From contig NC_092372.1 in NCBI RefSeq assembly GCF_030028105.1, positions 64,794,034-64,858,033 on the forward strand: 64,000 nucleotides of DNA, in the 5' to 3' direction. Position numbers and translations under genes: made by a program. The DNA comes from Mobula birostris. Lineage: Eukaryota. This document shows positions 40,845-53,640 of the stretch, one piece after another; the first letter of the stretch is position 1, and each line of letters opens with the position of its first letter. The notes beneath the pieces are model-generated. The model made no database searches. It was not told where the DNA came from and was given only the letters and a program-made list of their open reading frames with translations.

Positions 40845-41400
40845 GGAATAAGTTCCCTCTACCTATTAAATGCTTCCAATGATTTGCCTCTCAAATAGCC
40901 TCTGACAACCAAGTCCAGCTCTTGACCTTCACGTTTGGGTTAGCAACTAAGCTGAATAACACCATTTCTACTGACAGGAGAAAGGGCTAAGGCAGGTTAC
41001 TGGTGCCTTAAAACTAGTCACTTTGAGCGATGGAGATTTGTCAGCTGTGGTTGGCAGCACATCTAGGAGAAGGAGAACTCTAATCTCAAAACTCTGCTAC
41101 CATGTGGCTATACCCACTCATGGGAAAGACTTAGAGAGTAAATCCTGAGGAAAAATCCAGAAAACTGGAGTCCCTAATACAGTCCTACATTAAGTTCAAT
41201 GCTAAATGTAGCTCCTGCAATGATGCTGATGCCAAACTGTATTGATATCTGCTGTTCCTTTGGATTCATCAGCTAAGTGGAAAGGGAGAGATTGTTTCAT
41301 GGGCAACAGCTTGCTGTCCATATCGTACTGCCTTGGCTTACGTATCATGTAATCAGCTAGGATGCGCCATCCATGGTTGATCTTGACCTATAGAGGGCCT
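40845..41400 (+). mobile_element. ~550-bp non-coding interspersed repeat, probably an RTE/BovB 5'UTR-derived non-autonomous element
   Basis: Second copy at 8130-8420 (-); family assignment is from recall only. Confidence 0.6.
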
Positions 41401-44010
41401 CTTCATAGGAATGTTGTAGGTGAAATTGGTAGTCGTGAATCATGAAATGTAGAATGGGAAATCTTCAGCTCCTTTTCTATTAATGGCCTGTTTTTTTTTT
41501 TGCCGTTGCATCCTTGAGAAGGAAAATCCGTTTTTGTGAGAAAGAGGTTGTCATTTGCTACTGAAAATTTGAAAAAGTACCTTAAGTGTTGAAAATCTAA
41601 AATGGTTGGGAGAATAATAGGTCAGCATTTTTGAAGCATCCAATTCTCCCTTCTACTCTTTCAATCTATTAGTTTAAATCTAGTTCACTTGGTTAATGTA
41701 CCTATAGTAAAACTGTTCCTGTTTACCTGTCCCAATCCTTTCACAGTTATACACATCTCAATTCAACCTCCCCTTTGGCTTCAGCTCAGTCCTGCTCCAG
41801 GTGAGCAGAGCAATTGCTGAATCAGCATGTACCTGTTTTCATTGATGCTTCAAAGCTGTCCCCAGGCAGCTAATCAACAAGGTGAAAGTAAGCAGACCCT
41901 AAAGCACAATAGCGTCTTCCTACCAGGTGTCAGGGATCAAGAGAGAATGTGATGTACCCACATCAGGGAAGATGTAAGCACTTCTAAAAGACCCCGGGAA
42001 ATAACCCCACTCTTCCAAGTCCTACATAGAAAGTTTAACAAAAAGGACCCGAGTCATGCTTTTTTGGGTCTCCAGTAGTAAATCTAATGTCACTTTTCAA
42101 TCGTGTTCTCACGCTAAACTTGCAGTCAGATTTCAAAGATGTCATACAAACCTAACATGGTAACTGCTAATCAGAACTGCACCATGTTTGATCAGGTGTC
42201 CATTCCACTGGCTAAAACAAAGATGAAAATCACACCCATTTGACTCACAGTAATACCAACGTGAATAAACTATCTTTTTCATTGTCCATGTGTATCATGT
42301 GCGAAATTAGTCTCAAAGACATATTGGATCTTACATGTTAGGAATTGATGTGTTACTGGATTCAAATTTCAACTGCTTTCACTTTGGTATACAGGGATTT
42401 GAAATAAAGTACATACTGTTCAAAGACTTCCAAATGAAAGCTATTAGGTTTCCCATAGGGCAGCAGAGCTTTAATCAACCAAGGTAAGCTTTCTTCCTTG
42501 CTTATGTTATTTAGTGGTTGGCTGTGCAAAAGATTCTTCAGAACAGTGAAGAACAAGTAAAGAATCATACTCTCTGACTGATGCTACACTATTTCTCTTG
42601 AAGTGTAATAAAGAGAAGATAGGATTGTCCCATGGGTTTTAATTTCAAATTCGGATTGATCATGACAGCAAAGTGAGTTGCTGGCTAAAGGCGCCATAAT
42701 AGTTAATGACTAAAAGAATTGCTGTAGAACGTCCTTTGGTCATGAAATTCTACAAGAATTGCTTCTCTGTTTCTGAGTAATGGCTCTATTGAATAGTCAC
42801 TTAATAAAGTATCCAATATTTATGGAGTATAGTAGAGCCTGATAAATATATCAAAATATCAATTTTTATTTCCAACATATTGATAGTATAATTATATTTA
42901 GTAAATTAGCTTTTGCAGTCCTCAAGCAAACCAGATCTTAATGGATTACATTAACATTTAGCATGAAAAAGACTCAGCTCTATATTATAATTACATCATA
43001 ATTATTCTTGGAAAGGCAAGGCAGTAATTACTACTTATCTTGAGTCCTAACAGTCAACTACTGTGATGGATTGACAGTTCCATCTGTCACTGCTGTGCCT
43101 ACTTCACTAACTCATCACCATCATCCTGTATTCTACAACTACCTTGTTTGCTATCAGCAACACTATCCATATTCAAGTCACTTAAAACCTTGCTAATTAT
43201 AGCTGATATATCCTTATTAAAACCGTTAAGGTATTTAACAAAGAGAAAGTGTCCCAGACTAATTTCTGGGTACACCACTGGTCAAGGACTTCCAATCACT
43301 AAATAACCCTTGACTCATGCCTTCTGTTACCAAGCCAAGTTTGAATCCAATTTTCCAATATGTGCTGGATCCCATGAGCTCTCACCTTCTGGACCAATCT
43401 TCCAAGTGGAATTTGTCAAAGGTCTGATTGAAATCTACAGAGACTACATTGCCATAGTGCCTTCATCAATACTACTTGTTATCTCTCAAAAAAATCAATT
43501 TGATCAAATTTTCTTCGATTAGTCCCTGCCTTTCCTTTCCACTTTCTATACCCTTGAAGGGCCTCAAGTGTTTACAGCTCTCTACCTGCTATAGACTTCC
43601 ATTTCTTTATCCAAACCTTGACATCTAGGATTCCTTGGAATTTTCATCTTGCTGGGAATATTTTGATGCTGAACTTTCATTTTTGAAGGATTTCCAGGCA
43701 AATAAAAAGATTGATGATGACAAGTGATATATGTTCATTAAATGGATTTTAGTAAGTCATTTAACAAGGTCCTCATGATAGAATGGTCCAGAGTTTAAGG
43801 CTCATGGGATGAATTCAAAATTGGCTTGGTAATAGGAGACGGATAATAGGGGAAGGATGCTTTTTCTAATTCAAAGTCTGTGACTACTTGTGTCCCACAG
43901 AGACTGTTGTTTGTGACTTAGATGTAAATATTGGTGGTATGATTAGTAAGTTTGTGGATAACATAAAAATTAGTGGTGATATTGGTGAGGAAGGTGGTGA
44001 AGCTTGTTTA

Positions 44011-44513
44011 AATGCTGATTTATACTTCTGCGTCAAGTCGACGCCGTTGGTATGGCGTCGCCATGAACCCTACGCGATCTCTATGCCGTAGCCTGACGCG
44101 CACCTCTCCCAAAATGTAACTACATGTCGCTGAGTGCAGACTGCATCAACTGTGATTGGTCCACTTGGTAGCTTCGCATTTCCTTCTATGCTGCAATAGC
44201 TTCCCATTGGGTGACTGAAGGGCAGGGAAGGAACTCTGGCTGCAATGCTTTTCATAAAGCTTTACACACATCCGAAATTATGGAGGACACATTTCGCTTT
44301 TACGAAAAAAGGTGCTCACTTTAAACTTGTTTACCCCGAGAAAGACTACCATGACCATGAAGCGTTGCACGGGCAGGTGTGTGCGCATGTGCGATGTGCC
44401 TGAATTGCAAAGCGACACATACACACCAACGCACAAGCATAAATGCTCACAATGCGCGTAGCCTACTTGTGTAGGTTACAGCGTCCAATTGATGCACAAG
44501 TATAAATCAGCCT
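44011..44513. mobile_element. PIF/Harbinger-type MITE (~500 bp)
   Basis: TIRs atgctgatttatacttctgcgtcaa and ttgatgcacaagtataaatcagcct; TTA at 44008-44010 and 44514-44516; interrupts a CR1; CpG-rich and non-coding. Confidence 0.85.
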
Positions 44514-44931
44514 TTAGACTACAGCAGATATGAATCAGGTGGAAAGTTGTGGTTGATCGTTGGCAGATGGAATTTAATCCTGACAGATGTGAGGTGTCAC
44601 ATTGTGGAAAGTCAAATGGGGCATAACATATACAGTAAATGATAAAGTGCCAAAGAATGTGAATGTGCAAACAGACCTTGGGGTTCAAGTCCATGATTCC
44701 CCAAAAGAAACAACACAGGTAGAATAGGCGCTGAACATACTTATAGTATGTTCACCTTCATAAAATGGGGCTAAGAATACAGTATAAAAGTTGGTGTGCT
44801 GGAGAGAATGCAGAGATTTATTGAGCTGTTGTCTGAATAGGGTGTGTTAGTTGTAAGGGGAGATTGGATTGTTTGCATTCTTTAGAGTGTAGAAGAATTA
44901 GGAGTAGCCATGTATGACATTGTAAAGGCAA

Positions 44932-45620
44932 AGATTAGATTAGATTAGATTAGATTATGAGGACACGCAGTCCTCTTTTATTGTCATTTAGTAATGTATG
45001 CATTAAGAAATGATAAAATGTTCCTCCAGAATGATATCACAGAAACACAAGACAAACAAGACTGAAAAACTGACAAAGACCACATAATTATAACATATAG
45101 TTACAACAGTGCAATGCAATACCGTAATTTGATAAGAACAGACCATGGGCATGGTAAGAAAAAGTCTCAAAGTCTCTCGAAAGTCCCATCATCTCACGCA
45201 GATGGAGAAGGAAAAAAAACTCTCCCTGCCATGAGCTTACAGCGCTGCAAACTTGCCGATGCAGCATCTTGGAAGCACCCGACCACAGCCGACTCTTGAG
45301 TCCGTCCAAAAACTTTGAGCCTCCGACCAGCCCTCCGACACCGAGCACCGAGCACCATCTCTGCTGAGCGCTTCGACCCTGGCCCCAGCAACAGGCAATA
45401 GGCAAAGCCGAGGATTTGGGGCCTACCCCTCTGGAGATTCTCGATCGCACAGTAGCAGCGGCAGCAAAGTGGGTATTTCAGAAGTTTCTCCAGATGTTCC
45501 TCCGTGCTTCTCACGCCTGTCTCCATCAAATCAGGATTGTGTATGGCATCCTACTTACAAATACGATATCATTTCGGAGCGGCCGTGTGCGCTGTGTTGC
45601 GTCACCATCTTCTTCTCCCC
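44932..45620 (-). mobile_element. AAGATGGCG/(TAATC)n non-coding retroelement, copy 4
   Basis: (agatt)5 followed by atgaggacacgcagtcctc; ends ccatcttcttctcc; reverse complement of copies 1-3. Confidence 0.9.
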
Positions 45621-47239
45621 TCCATTTTATAAGTAAATAGAAACTTTTTTCCCTTAGTAAAAGGATCAAATACAAGAGATCATAGGTTTAAATTAAGAAG
45701 AAGAGGTTTTAGAGGGAATTTGTGGGAAAGTTTTTTATTACTGAATATTTGATACTTGTAGCTCACTGACAGAGAACATGTTGGAGACTACTACAATTAC
45801 TATGCATTAGAGGCATTGATACTGGCACCTGTATAGCATGGTATTAAATAATATGTACCCACTGCATCTAGTAAGTAATGGTGTGAGTAAAAAGGTTGGT
45901 CTGGATGTGAGCCCCAAGGCCTATTTCTTTGTGTATGACCCAATGATCCCATGACTGTATGACTCTTATTTCTCTGAAGTGGATCTAACTTCAAGTAACT
46001 GAATCTAGTCTAGTTTTCCCAGGTCCTATGAACTGAAATCAAAATTTAAAATAAAGATCAGATTAAATCTGTTCTCCCACAGAGATGTAGAAACAGGGTC
46101 TTGTATATGTTTAAGTCAAAGGTAGATACTTGAGTACAGGGGGAAAGGTTATCATGTGCAGACTGAAATGATGACCTGAGGGTAAAATCAGATCAACCAC
46201 GAACTTCTTAAATGGTGGAACAAGCTTGACTTATCTGTTGGCTTACTCTAAATTCTAATTTGTATATTCATATGCATGTAAACAATGCATTCCTGTCCTA
46301 AAGAATAATTTCAAGGTCTATCTTAAGATAGTAGGAGTGCACTTACTTTCTGTAAGCAAGAAAACTTTCACACCTCTAGCAAGAAGGCTTTAACTGAGAA
46401 AGAACATAAATATTATTTACCTGCCACAGGTATTCTTTAATTAAGGGGATACTTCAGCAGACAATAAAGTGAGAAACAATTCATTAGCCAAACACCATGT
46501 TATCTTCATCACTTGACAGTAACAGTTTGAAAATAGAGCCTATGATGTATGATTGACTTTTTTTTAACCGAATTGGCATTTTTCTTTTGTTTGTTCTTTA
46601 TCAAAGTTTGGTTGCTAATTGGTTATACTGAGCTGTCAGGTTATGGGATAAGGTATTCATCCTTGGTTATATGCATTCATTGTTTAAGAAAGTGGAACAG
46701 AAATGTTGTGCTCTGCATCTGAAGCTTGTTTACTTTGACTTCATCTTACTCCATTGTCTCCTACCAATTCGTCACACTTCAGTTTCATCTTACTTGCCCC
46801 GATCTTTTCCGTCAGTTTTTGTCTGATGCAGATAGGCACATTCTGCACTGTTTCCATGACTGATGCTCTTTCTCATCCTCTATCATCCTTCCCATGCAAT
46901 CAATCCAAATTTCCCTTCTGTGTGTTTATATGCTTCTTTTGGCTGTTGAGTCGCACTCTCTTTTTTGTACACTTTTTGACCATCTCTTGCTTCCTCTTCT
47001 TCCTGTCACCAAATCATCCCACTTGTCATATCCTCCACCTGGATAATCTTCTCCTCCTTTGCACTTCCTTCCCTATTCCAGTCCATTTCTTTCATTCTTT
47101 CTATCTTTAATTCTACTTATTCGTATACCAAGTAGCCCTTACATCACCCACCTCATTCAATCTGCTCTAGCTGGTGTGTTCTTCACTGCTAAGCAGGACC
47201 TTCATTTGAGGAATTCATTCTACCTCAACTTCAAAGATT

Positions 47240-47500
47240 CTGAAGTGAATGGGGAAAAAACATATCTATCCAGGACAAGCCCTGTTTTGCAATACTACCA
47301 CTGGGGACAAGGTACAGGAACCTGAAGACCCATACTCAATGTTTCAAGAACAGCTTCTTCCCCTCAGCCATCAGATTTCTGAATGGTCCATGAATCTATA
47401 ATTGTTTTGTAGCTAAGAGTAATATCTGATGTCTTGCACTGTACTGCTGCAAAATAACAAATTTCACAATATATATCAGTGATAATAAACCTGATTCTAA
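47240..47500 (+). mobile_element. Rex1-type LINE 3' end
   Basis: LPLGTRYRNLKTHTQCFKNSFFPSAIRFLN, followed by the aataaacctgattct tail. Confidence 0.8.
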
Positions 47501-47619
47501 TTCAAACTCTGCTTACCATTTCAATGTTACTTCAGGTGGAAGGCAGCTTTAAATGGAGGTCTGTAAAATGCATTGGATCATTTCTCTAGTGCACACTAAA
47601 TGCAGCGGAACTGATGGTG

Positions 47620-47940
47620 AATCTAATGTTTATTAATGGTGAGAAACTTACAGTAGTTAGCTTCACTAAAGAGAATGCACTGAAATTGACCAATCTCCAG
47701 CATCTAATGGTCTGCATTGCAGATTGCCAAAATAAGAATGTAGAGATAGTAGAGATAGTACTTGCAGTAGTTACCAACTTCCAGAATTCTTTACATCCTG
47801 GAATAGTCCCACCAGACTCCAAGGTCAAAAAGTTAATACTGCTTTTCAAGCAAAGTAAGAGAGATGAAACAGGGAATTTAAAAGTTAGCCTGAAGTCAGT
47901 TGCCCACAAGGTGTTCAGAACCATGTTTGAAGATGCGGTA
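47620..47940 (+). mobile_element. Old CR1 ORF2 internal fragment
   Basis: FQNSLHPGIVPPDSKVKKLILLFKQSKRDETGNLKVSL corresponds to the CR1 motif FQ.SL..G.VP.DWK.ANV.PLFKKG......NYRPVSL. Confidence 0.65.
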
Positions 47941-49054
47941 TTGTGAATTCCCTGATCTTATCTTTACATCCTTGTATTACTACCCCAGCATCATGTTAGT
48001 GGAACAGACTGTCACACACCATTGCGAACTGGAAATATATCACTGCCATTCATTGGTGTTGCTTTTACATCTTGGAACTTCCTACCCAATGGCATAGTGG
48101 AACAGCTTCATCGGAAGGTAGCACCAGTTCAATAAGGTGGTTCAACATAACCTTGTTAAGGGCATTTAGTGAGAGGCAACACAGTCTGCTTTTGCCACTG
48201 ATGGTATCCCTCTGAAAAATCAATAAATGAAGAAAAATTCTGCCCTTGTGATATCTCCGAATTTCTAGCCTTGCTTAGAGGACTGCTAGTAAAAAGGATC
48301 ATTTACATGAGCGTTCTAAAATTTATTAATTGTTCCATGTCAAATGCATCTTTTGGCACAATTAATCTGATTAAAATTGTTTTTATGTCATAAAACTCTG
48401 TCATAAATTTGTCAAACGAAATTAACAAACTGACATGTTGAGTAATTGTGGAAAATATTAAAGACATGCATAAATTGCAGGATATTACAGATCAGATACT
48501 ATTAATCAACAGAATATGAGTGAAGATTTCAGGATACATTTTCATCCAGGTGTCAGCAGAAAGTGTAAATGCCAGTTGGCAGATTGAAATTTATTTTTGT
48601 TTATTAATTAATTTCCAGAGTCTTCCCGACAAGGAGGCTAGTAAAAATTAAGGCAAGAAGAGTATAATAAAGCTGAGATTACAATTAATCTTATTCTATT
48701 AAATCTTTAACAAGTAAAGCTTTCCTGTACATTGCACCTGAGTATCAGCAACAAAATAACCTTCATGGCAAAATGCTTGGAGAAAACATCAAAAACGCTT
48801 GACAAAGAGGTAAGTTCCGATAAGTAATGAGAGAATGGCAGAGATGCAGCATGGTTTAGGGAAGGAATTCCTGAACCTTGGGTCCTGACGTCTGAAGGCA
48901 CAACTTTCATTAGTGGAGTTATTAAGTTTGTAAATCAGATCAGAATCAGGTTTAATATCACCAGCATATGTTGTGAAATCTGTTGTCTGCAAAACATAAT
49001 AACAGAAAATAAAACTGTGAATTACAGTAAGTAAATATAAATATATATATGTAT

Positions 49055-49305
49055 TGTAGTCGCGTGGAAATCCGCTACTAAAGAAACATACGGAGGCAGA
49101 GAGAGCTGAACTCAGAATGCCTTTATTGATTCAACATCATGTGCTTAAATCTCCCCTCCCATGGGTCCCTGTGATCCGCGGGGCGGACGTGACATCAGAC
49201 TGTCCCAGGAAGGTCCACCCCGAGCGGGTAGCTCCAAACGCGCTACCGCGTGTCTGCCCGCGGCTCCCAATGGCGTTTCAAGTCCCATGTGTGCGGGCCG
49301 CAACA
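49055..49305 (-). mobile_element. 3' LTR (251 bp) of a Ty3/Gypsy element
   Basis: TG...CA ends (tgtag/caaca), AATAAA on the minus strand at 49123-49128, adjacent polypurine tract at 49306-49319. Confidence 0.85.
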
Positions 49306-50390
49306 CCATCCACTCCCCTCAGAAACGTGCATCGGGGGAGTGGAGCCCCCAGTCTGTGTGGCTTGCCTGGGTGGCCAGCCTCGCCCGCATGGTGCGGGTA
49401 CCCTCACTGGTTGCTCAATGTCCAAGCGCGCCAGTTTGAGACGGTCCACTGTAAAAGTCTCTTCCCGGCCACCCACCTCCACGACACACGTGGTTCCATT
49501 ATGCCGGATCACCTTGAAGGGTCCCTCGTACGGCCGCTGTAGAGGTGACCTGTGCATGCCCCTGCGAATAAAAACATACTCACAGTCTCGGAGGTCTTTA
49601 GGGGTGAAGGATGGTGTGGGACCATGCCTGGAGGTCGGGACCGGTGCCAGGGTCCCTACCTTGTCCCGCAGCCTCGTTAGCACCGTTGCTGGAGTTTCTT
49701 CCGAACCTTGGGCCTCTGGTACGAACTCGCCTGGGACCGTCAGGGAGGTGCCGTAGACCAGTTCCGCCAAGGAGGTGTCCAGGTCCTCCTTGGGGGCTGT
49801 GCGGATGCCCAGTAGGACCCAGGGAAGCTCATCTGTCCAGTTGGGGATGCTGAGGCGCGCCATCAGGGCCGACGAGATGCCGGTGAAATCGCTCCACCAA
49901 ACCATTGGACTGGGGATGGTATGCTGTGGTGTGATGCAGCTGGGTGCCCAGGAGCTGCGCCAGTGCTGTCCACAAACCAGATGTGAACTGCTCCCCTCTG
50001 TCGGAGGTGACGTCCGTTGGGAGGTCGAACCTGGTGATCCAGTTTGCAATGAGCGTCCTGTCACAGGACTCAGTGGATGTGTCTGCAAGCAGTACGGCTT
50101 CCGACCATCTGGTGAACCTGTCTACCATGTTAAAGGTATACCTGGCAGGGGGCCGATGATGTCCATGTGGATGTATTGGAACCTCCTGTGCATCGGCTGG
50201 AACTGCTGGAGGGGAGCCTTCATGTGCTGCTGGGCTTTGGCGGTCTGGCAGTGTACACAGGTCCTGGCCCAGTGTTCGACCTGTTTGCACAAATCGTGCC
50301 AGATGAATCTGTCCACTACCAGCTTGATGGACACCCGGATGGATGGGTGGGCCAGGTCCTGCAGCGTGTCGAACACCCGGCGCTTCCATG
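49306..50390 (-). pseudogene. Ty3/Gypsy integrase (frameshifted, 5' truncated)
   Basis: Zinc-binding AHPSIR..WARTCVHCQTAK; core MVDRFTRWSEA..TSDRGEQFTS..TTAYHPQSNGLVERFHR; C-terminal LQRPYEGPFKVI (GPF), spread over three frames. Confidence 0.92.
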
Positions 50391-51130
50391 CAGATTGCTC
50401 CTTCTGTAATTCCCTTGCCTATTCACCCTTCCCCACTCATCTCCCTGCTGGCGCTTATCCCTGCATGTGAAAGAAGTGCATTAACCTCCTCCCTCACCTC
50501 CATTCAGGGCACCAAACAGTACTTAATGGTGAGACAACCTGTAAACTTTGTTCAGGTCAAATTCTGTATCCAATGCTCCTGATGTGGCCTCCTCTATATT
50601 GGTGAGACCCGACATAGATTGTGGGACCACACCTTCGCTCTATCCACATAAAGCAGGATTTCCCAGTGGCCAACCACTTTAATTTCAATCCTCATTCCCA
50701 TTCCAACATGTCAGTCCATCGACTCCACTGCTGCCATGACGTGCCACTCTTAGTTTGGAGGAGCAACACCTCATATTCCACTTGATTAGACTACAACCTG
50801 ATAGCATGAACAACAATTTCTACAACTTCTGGTAATTTTTCCCCCTTCCCATTCACTTTTCTTCAACTTCCCACTCTGACCCCATTCTTACCTCTTCTCG
50901 TCTCCTCTCCTGCTATCACCTTCCCCTGGTGCTCCTCCTCCATTCCTTTATCTGATGGTCCACTCTCCTGTACTATCAGATTCCTTCTTTTCCAGCCCTT
51001 TACTTATTCCACCTATCACCTCTCAGCTTCTCACTTCATTCTTCCCGTCCACCAACCCGGATTCTCCTTCTAGCTTGTTCCCCTTCCATTCCGCCCACCT
51101 TTGTATTCTGGCTTCTTCCCCTGATGAAGG
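50390..51130 (+). mobile_element. Penelope-like element 3' fragment (GIY-YIG domain and UTR, ending in the hammerhead half CTGATGAAGG)
   Basis: FCIQCS*CGLLYIGETRHRL; HFNFNPHSHSNM; LEEQHLIF; homologous to 3840-4422. Confidence 0.85.
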
Positions 51131-51134
51131 ATGT

Positions 51135-51640
51135 GAATACAGGGATTTATATAAAAGTTATGTTGTTATGTTGCAACTTTAAAAAAACTTGTTGGACCAC
51201 ACTTTATACACAATTATGCTTTCTACGCTATAGGGAAGATGCAGTTTCAATGAAGAGAGTGCAGAAGATATTCAACAGGATGTTGCCCTGATTGCAGGAC
51301 TTTCAGCATGGAACAATACTTGATAGGTTGTGTTTATTTTCCCTGGCGTTAAAGGAGGTTAAATGGAGATCAGATAGAGATATATAATAAGTATAAGAGG
51401 CATACGTTGGGTAGATAGTCAGAATCTTTTCTCATGGCAGTCATATTTTTAAAAATCTAGAGGGCATAAATGAAAAATGATAAGGAATTTTAAAAGAAGT
51501 TTGAAGAGTGGTAGATGCCTGGAACAGAGGAAATGGAGACTATTCTTAAACAGCATCTAGGCAAGCCCTTCAATAGCTCAACATAGAAGAATACGGACTT
51601 GTGAAGGCAAATGGGATTAGTGCCTCTGGTACAGCTGTCA
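51135..51640 (+). mobile_element. Old CR1 3' fragment
   Basis: ..LVGPH..KRVQKIFNRMLP..SRGHK.. degenerate CR1 C-terminus. Confidence 0.65.
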
Positions 51641-52419
51641 CAGGCGTAGGATCCTGCATTCTGTACTGTAGAATGATATGACCCAATGACATAAAGTGAT
51701 AGTGGGAATGCTGCCTGATTGACATATGTCAGGAAACCCACAATACCCGGCAATGGTGCCAACTCCTTGTTGAAGAAAAATACAAAGCTGTTTCAGGGAT
51801 TTCACACAGTGAACCAAATGGCAAACCCCTACAATGTGCCTGCTTTCAAACACATTCATTCAATAAATGAACAGTAAGCAAACAAATTCCTTTGGAATAA
51901 TAGAGCATTACACAATCACTAGATATGCATTCCACTGGTATGGTTACGTTTGACTGATTTGAACGATGAATACAAATGTAAAAGCATTAAAGCATATTAA
52001 CAGTGCAGCAGAATGGATTATTCACTCTTGCCCTTAGCTTTGCAATTGCCTGCTTATTATGCTCTGTCTGCTTGCAGCCAGAGTGTTGGGTGGACTGCAG
52101 GTGACCACAAATGGTGACGGTGAAGCAGCTCTGGCTCTGGCGGTGTTCACTGGTGACTGAGGAAACTATCTTCTAGGGTAACAAGTCATGGAGCACAAGC
52201 ATGAACTCTGATTGAGAACCAGTCGGTAAAAAAAGGATGCTGGCATCCTAAGTGATCACTGAAGCCCTCCCATGCCTGTGGAATGCTCTTGGGATTGGAC
52301 AGGCTATATGGTCTAGCAGCTTGATCTGCCATCCACCTCCAACTTGGAACCACTTCCCCATAATCAAGAACTTTCAAAAATATTATCTACTTCATCATTA
52401 AATGTTGCAAGTTTAGTTA

Positions 52420-52744
52420 GTTAAAGATAAAGAAAAGCTCTATTTGTCATGTGTACATCAAAACACAATATGAAATCTATGACAAATACAGCCTGTGGAT
52501 TGGGCTGGTGGCAGCCTGCTGGTGTTGCCACCCTTCCAGCGCCAACATGGCATGCCACAACTCACTAACCCTGACACTAACTCTTTGGAATGTGGGAGGA
52601 AACCAGAGCGCCCAGATGGAACACAAACAGTCACGAGGAGAACATGTAGACTCCTTACAGACAGAGACAGAAATTAAATCCCTCTCAGTGACTGACAGTG
52701 CTGTAAAACGATTGTATTAACCTGGTACACTGCCATGCTGCCCT
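52420..52744 (-). mobile_element. V-type tRNA-derived SINE
   Basis: Core tctttggaatgtgggaggaaaccagagcgccc..cagtcacgaggagaacatgtagactccttacagac; ends ..catgctgcccc. Confidence 0.75.
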
Positions 52745-53471
52745 TTATTAATGTCACATCTGTCTAGACTGATAATTGTTAAAGTAACAACTCATCCAAG
52801 TTGAGCATTAGACCAGAATCATCAAAGTGATAAGAATACGATCTCTGTTTTACAAGGCCTTGCAGTGGTATTGAGGCTTAGAGGAGGTAAGCCCTTAAGG
52901 GCTGGAACCATGACATCAATTAGCATGAGAAGAGCTCAGTAGGTGCATGATAATGGTTGGTACCTGAGCATTTAAAAGTTAAAAGCACATTCAAGACAGG
53001 CTTAGAATTTTCATTCTGATCAACAGCAAATACCCCATTTCTACAGTAACTTTACTGTGTAGATAATCTGTGTAGCATGAAGATTTACAGGTTAATCAGG
53101 GTGCTGTTTTGGAGAAGTCCAGTTCTTTGAAAAATCTGTTAAGAGTGTTGTTAGTATACCAAAGGAAGAAATTTTGCTTCTGTTCAATAATATGGACAGC
53201 ATATTGTTGGCTGATCCAAAGGCAATCATTGGATTACAATATTTGAATGGAAACAAGTGCTGAAATTGCAGACATACACTGTAAATCTGGGAAGTACTGA
53301 GTAATTGTCATGGTCCGGTCCGTGAAGTCCGCATTCCGGTTCAAGCTCCAGTCCATCGATCCGTATTCCAAGTTTTCCATTGTCCTGTTGTGTGCCTTAA
53401 TTGAGACACATGATTCTCATTTTGGGCTGGCTATTAAATAGCTCTTGGGTTCAGCTTTATTTGCCGGACTG

Positions 53472-53640
53472 TCCCCTTCCCCCCTCCCCCCTCCCCCTTC
53501 CCCCTTCCCCCTCCCCTTTCCCCCCTTTCCCCCCTCCCCTTACCCCTCCCCTTCCCCTTCTCCCTCTCCCTCCCCTTCCCCCTCTCCCTCTCCATCCCCT
53601 TCCCCCTTCCCTCCCCCACTCCCTCCCCTTTCCCCTTCCA
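53472..53640. repeat. C/T-rich low-complexity tract ((cccctt/ccctct)n)
   Basis: About 170 nt almost purely pyrimidine. Confidence 0.95.

Larger units (their letters stand above)
43715..46270 (+). mobile_element. Old fragmented CR1 ORF2 3' half with a MITE and a retroelement inserted
   Basis: DFSKSFNKV..; DLDVNIGGMISKFVDNIKISG; RWQMEFNPDRCEVSHCGKSN (~44560); continues after 45620. Confidence 0.7.

Noticed and set aside
49117-50582. Several plus-strand ORFs up to 231 aa
   Set aside because: Antisense to the GC-rich Gypsy integrase, with no independent protein signature
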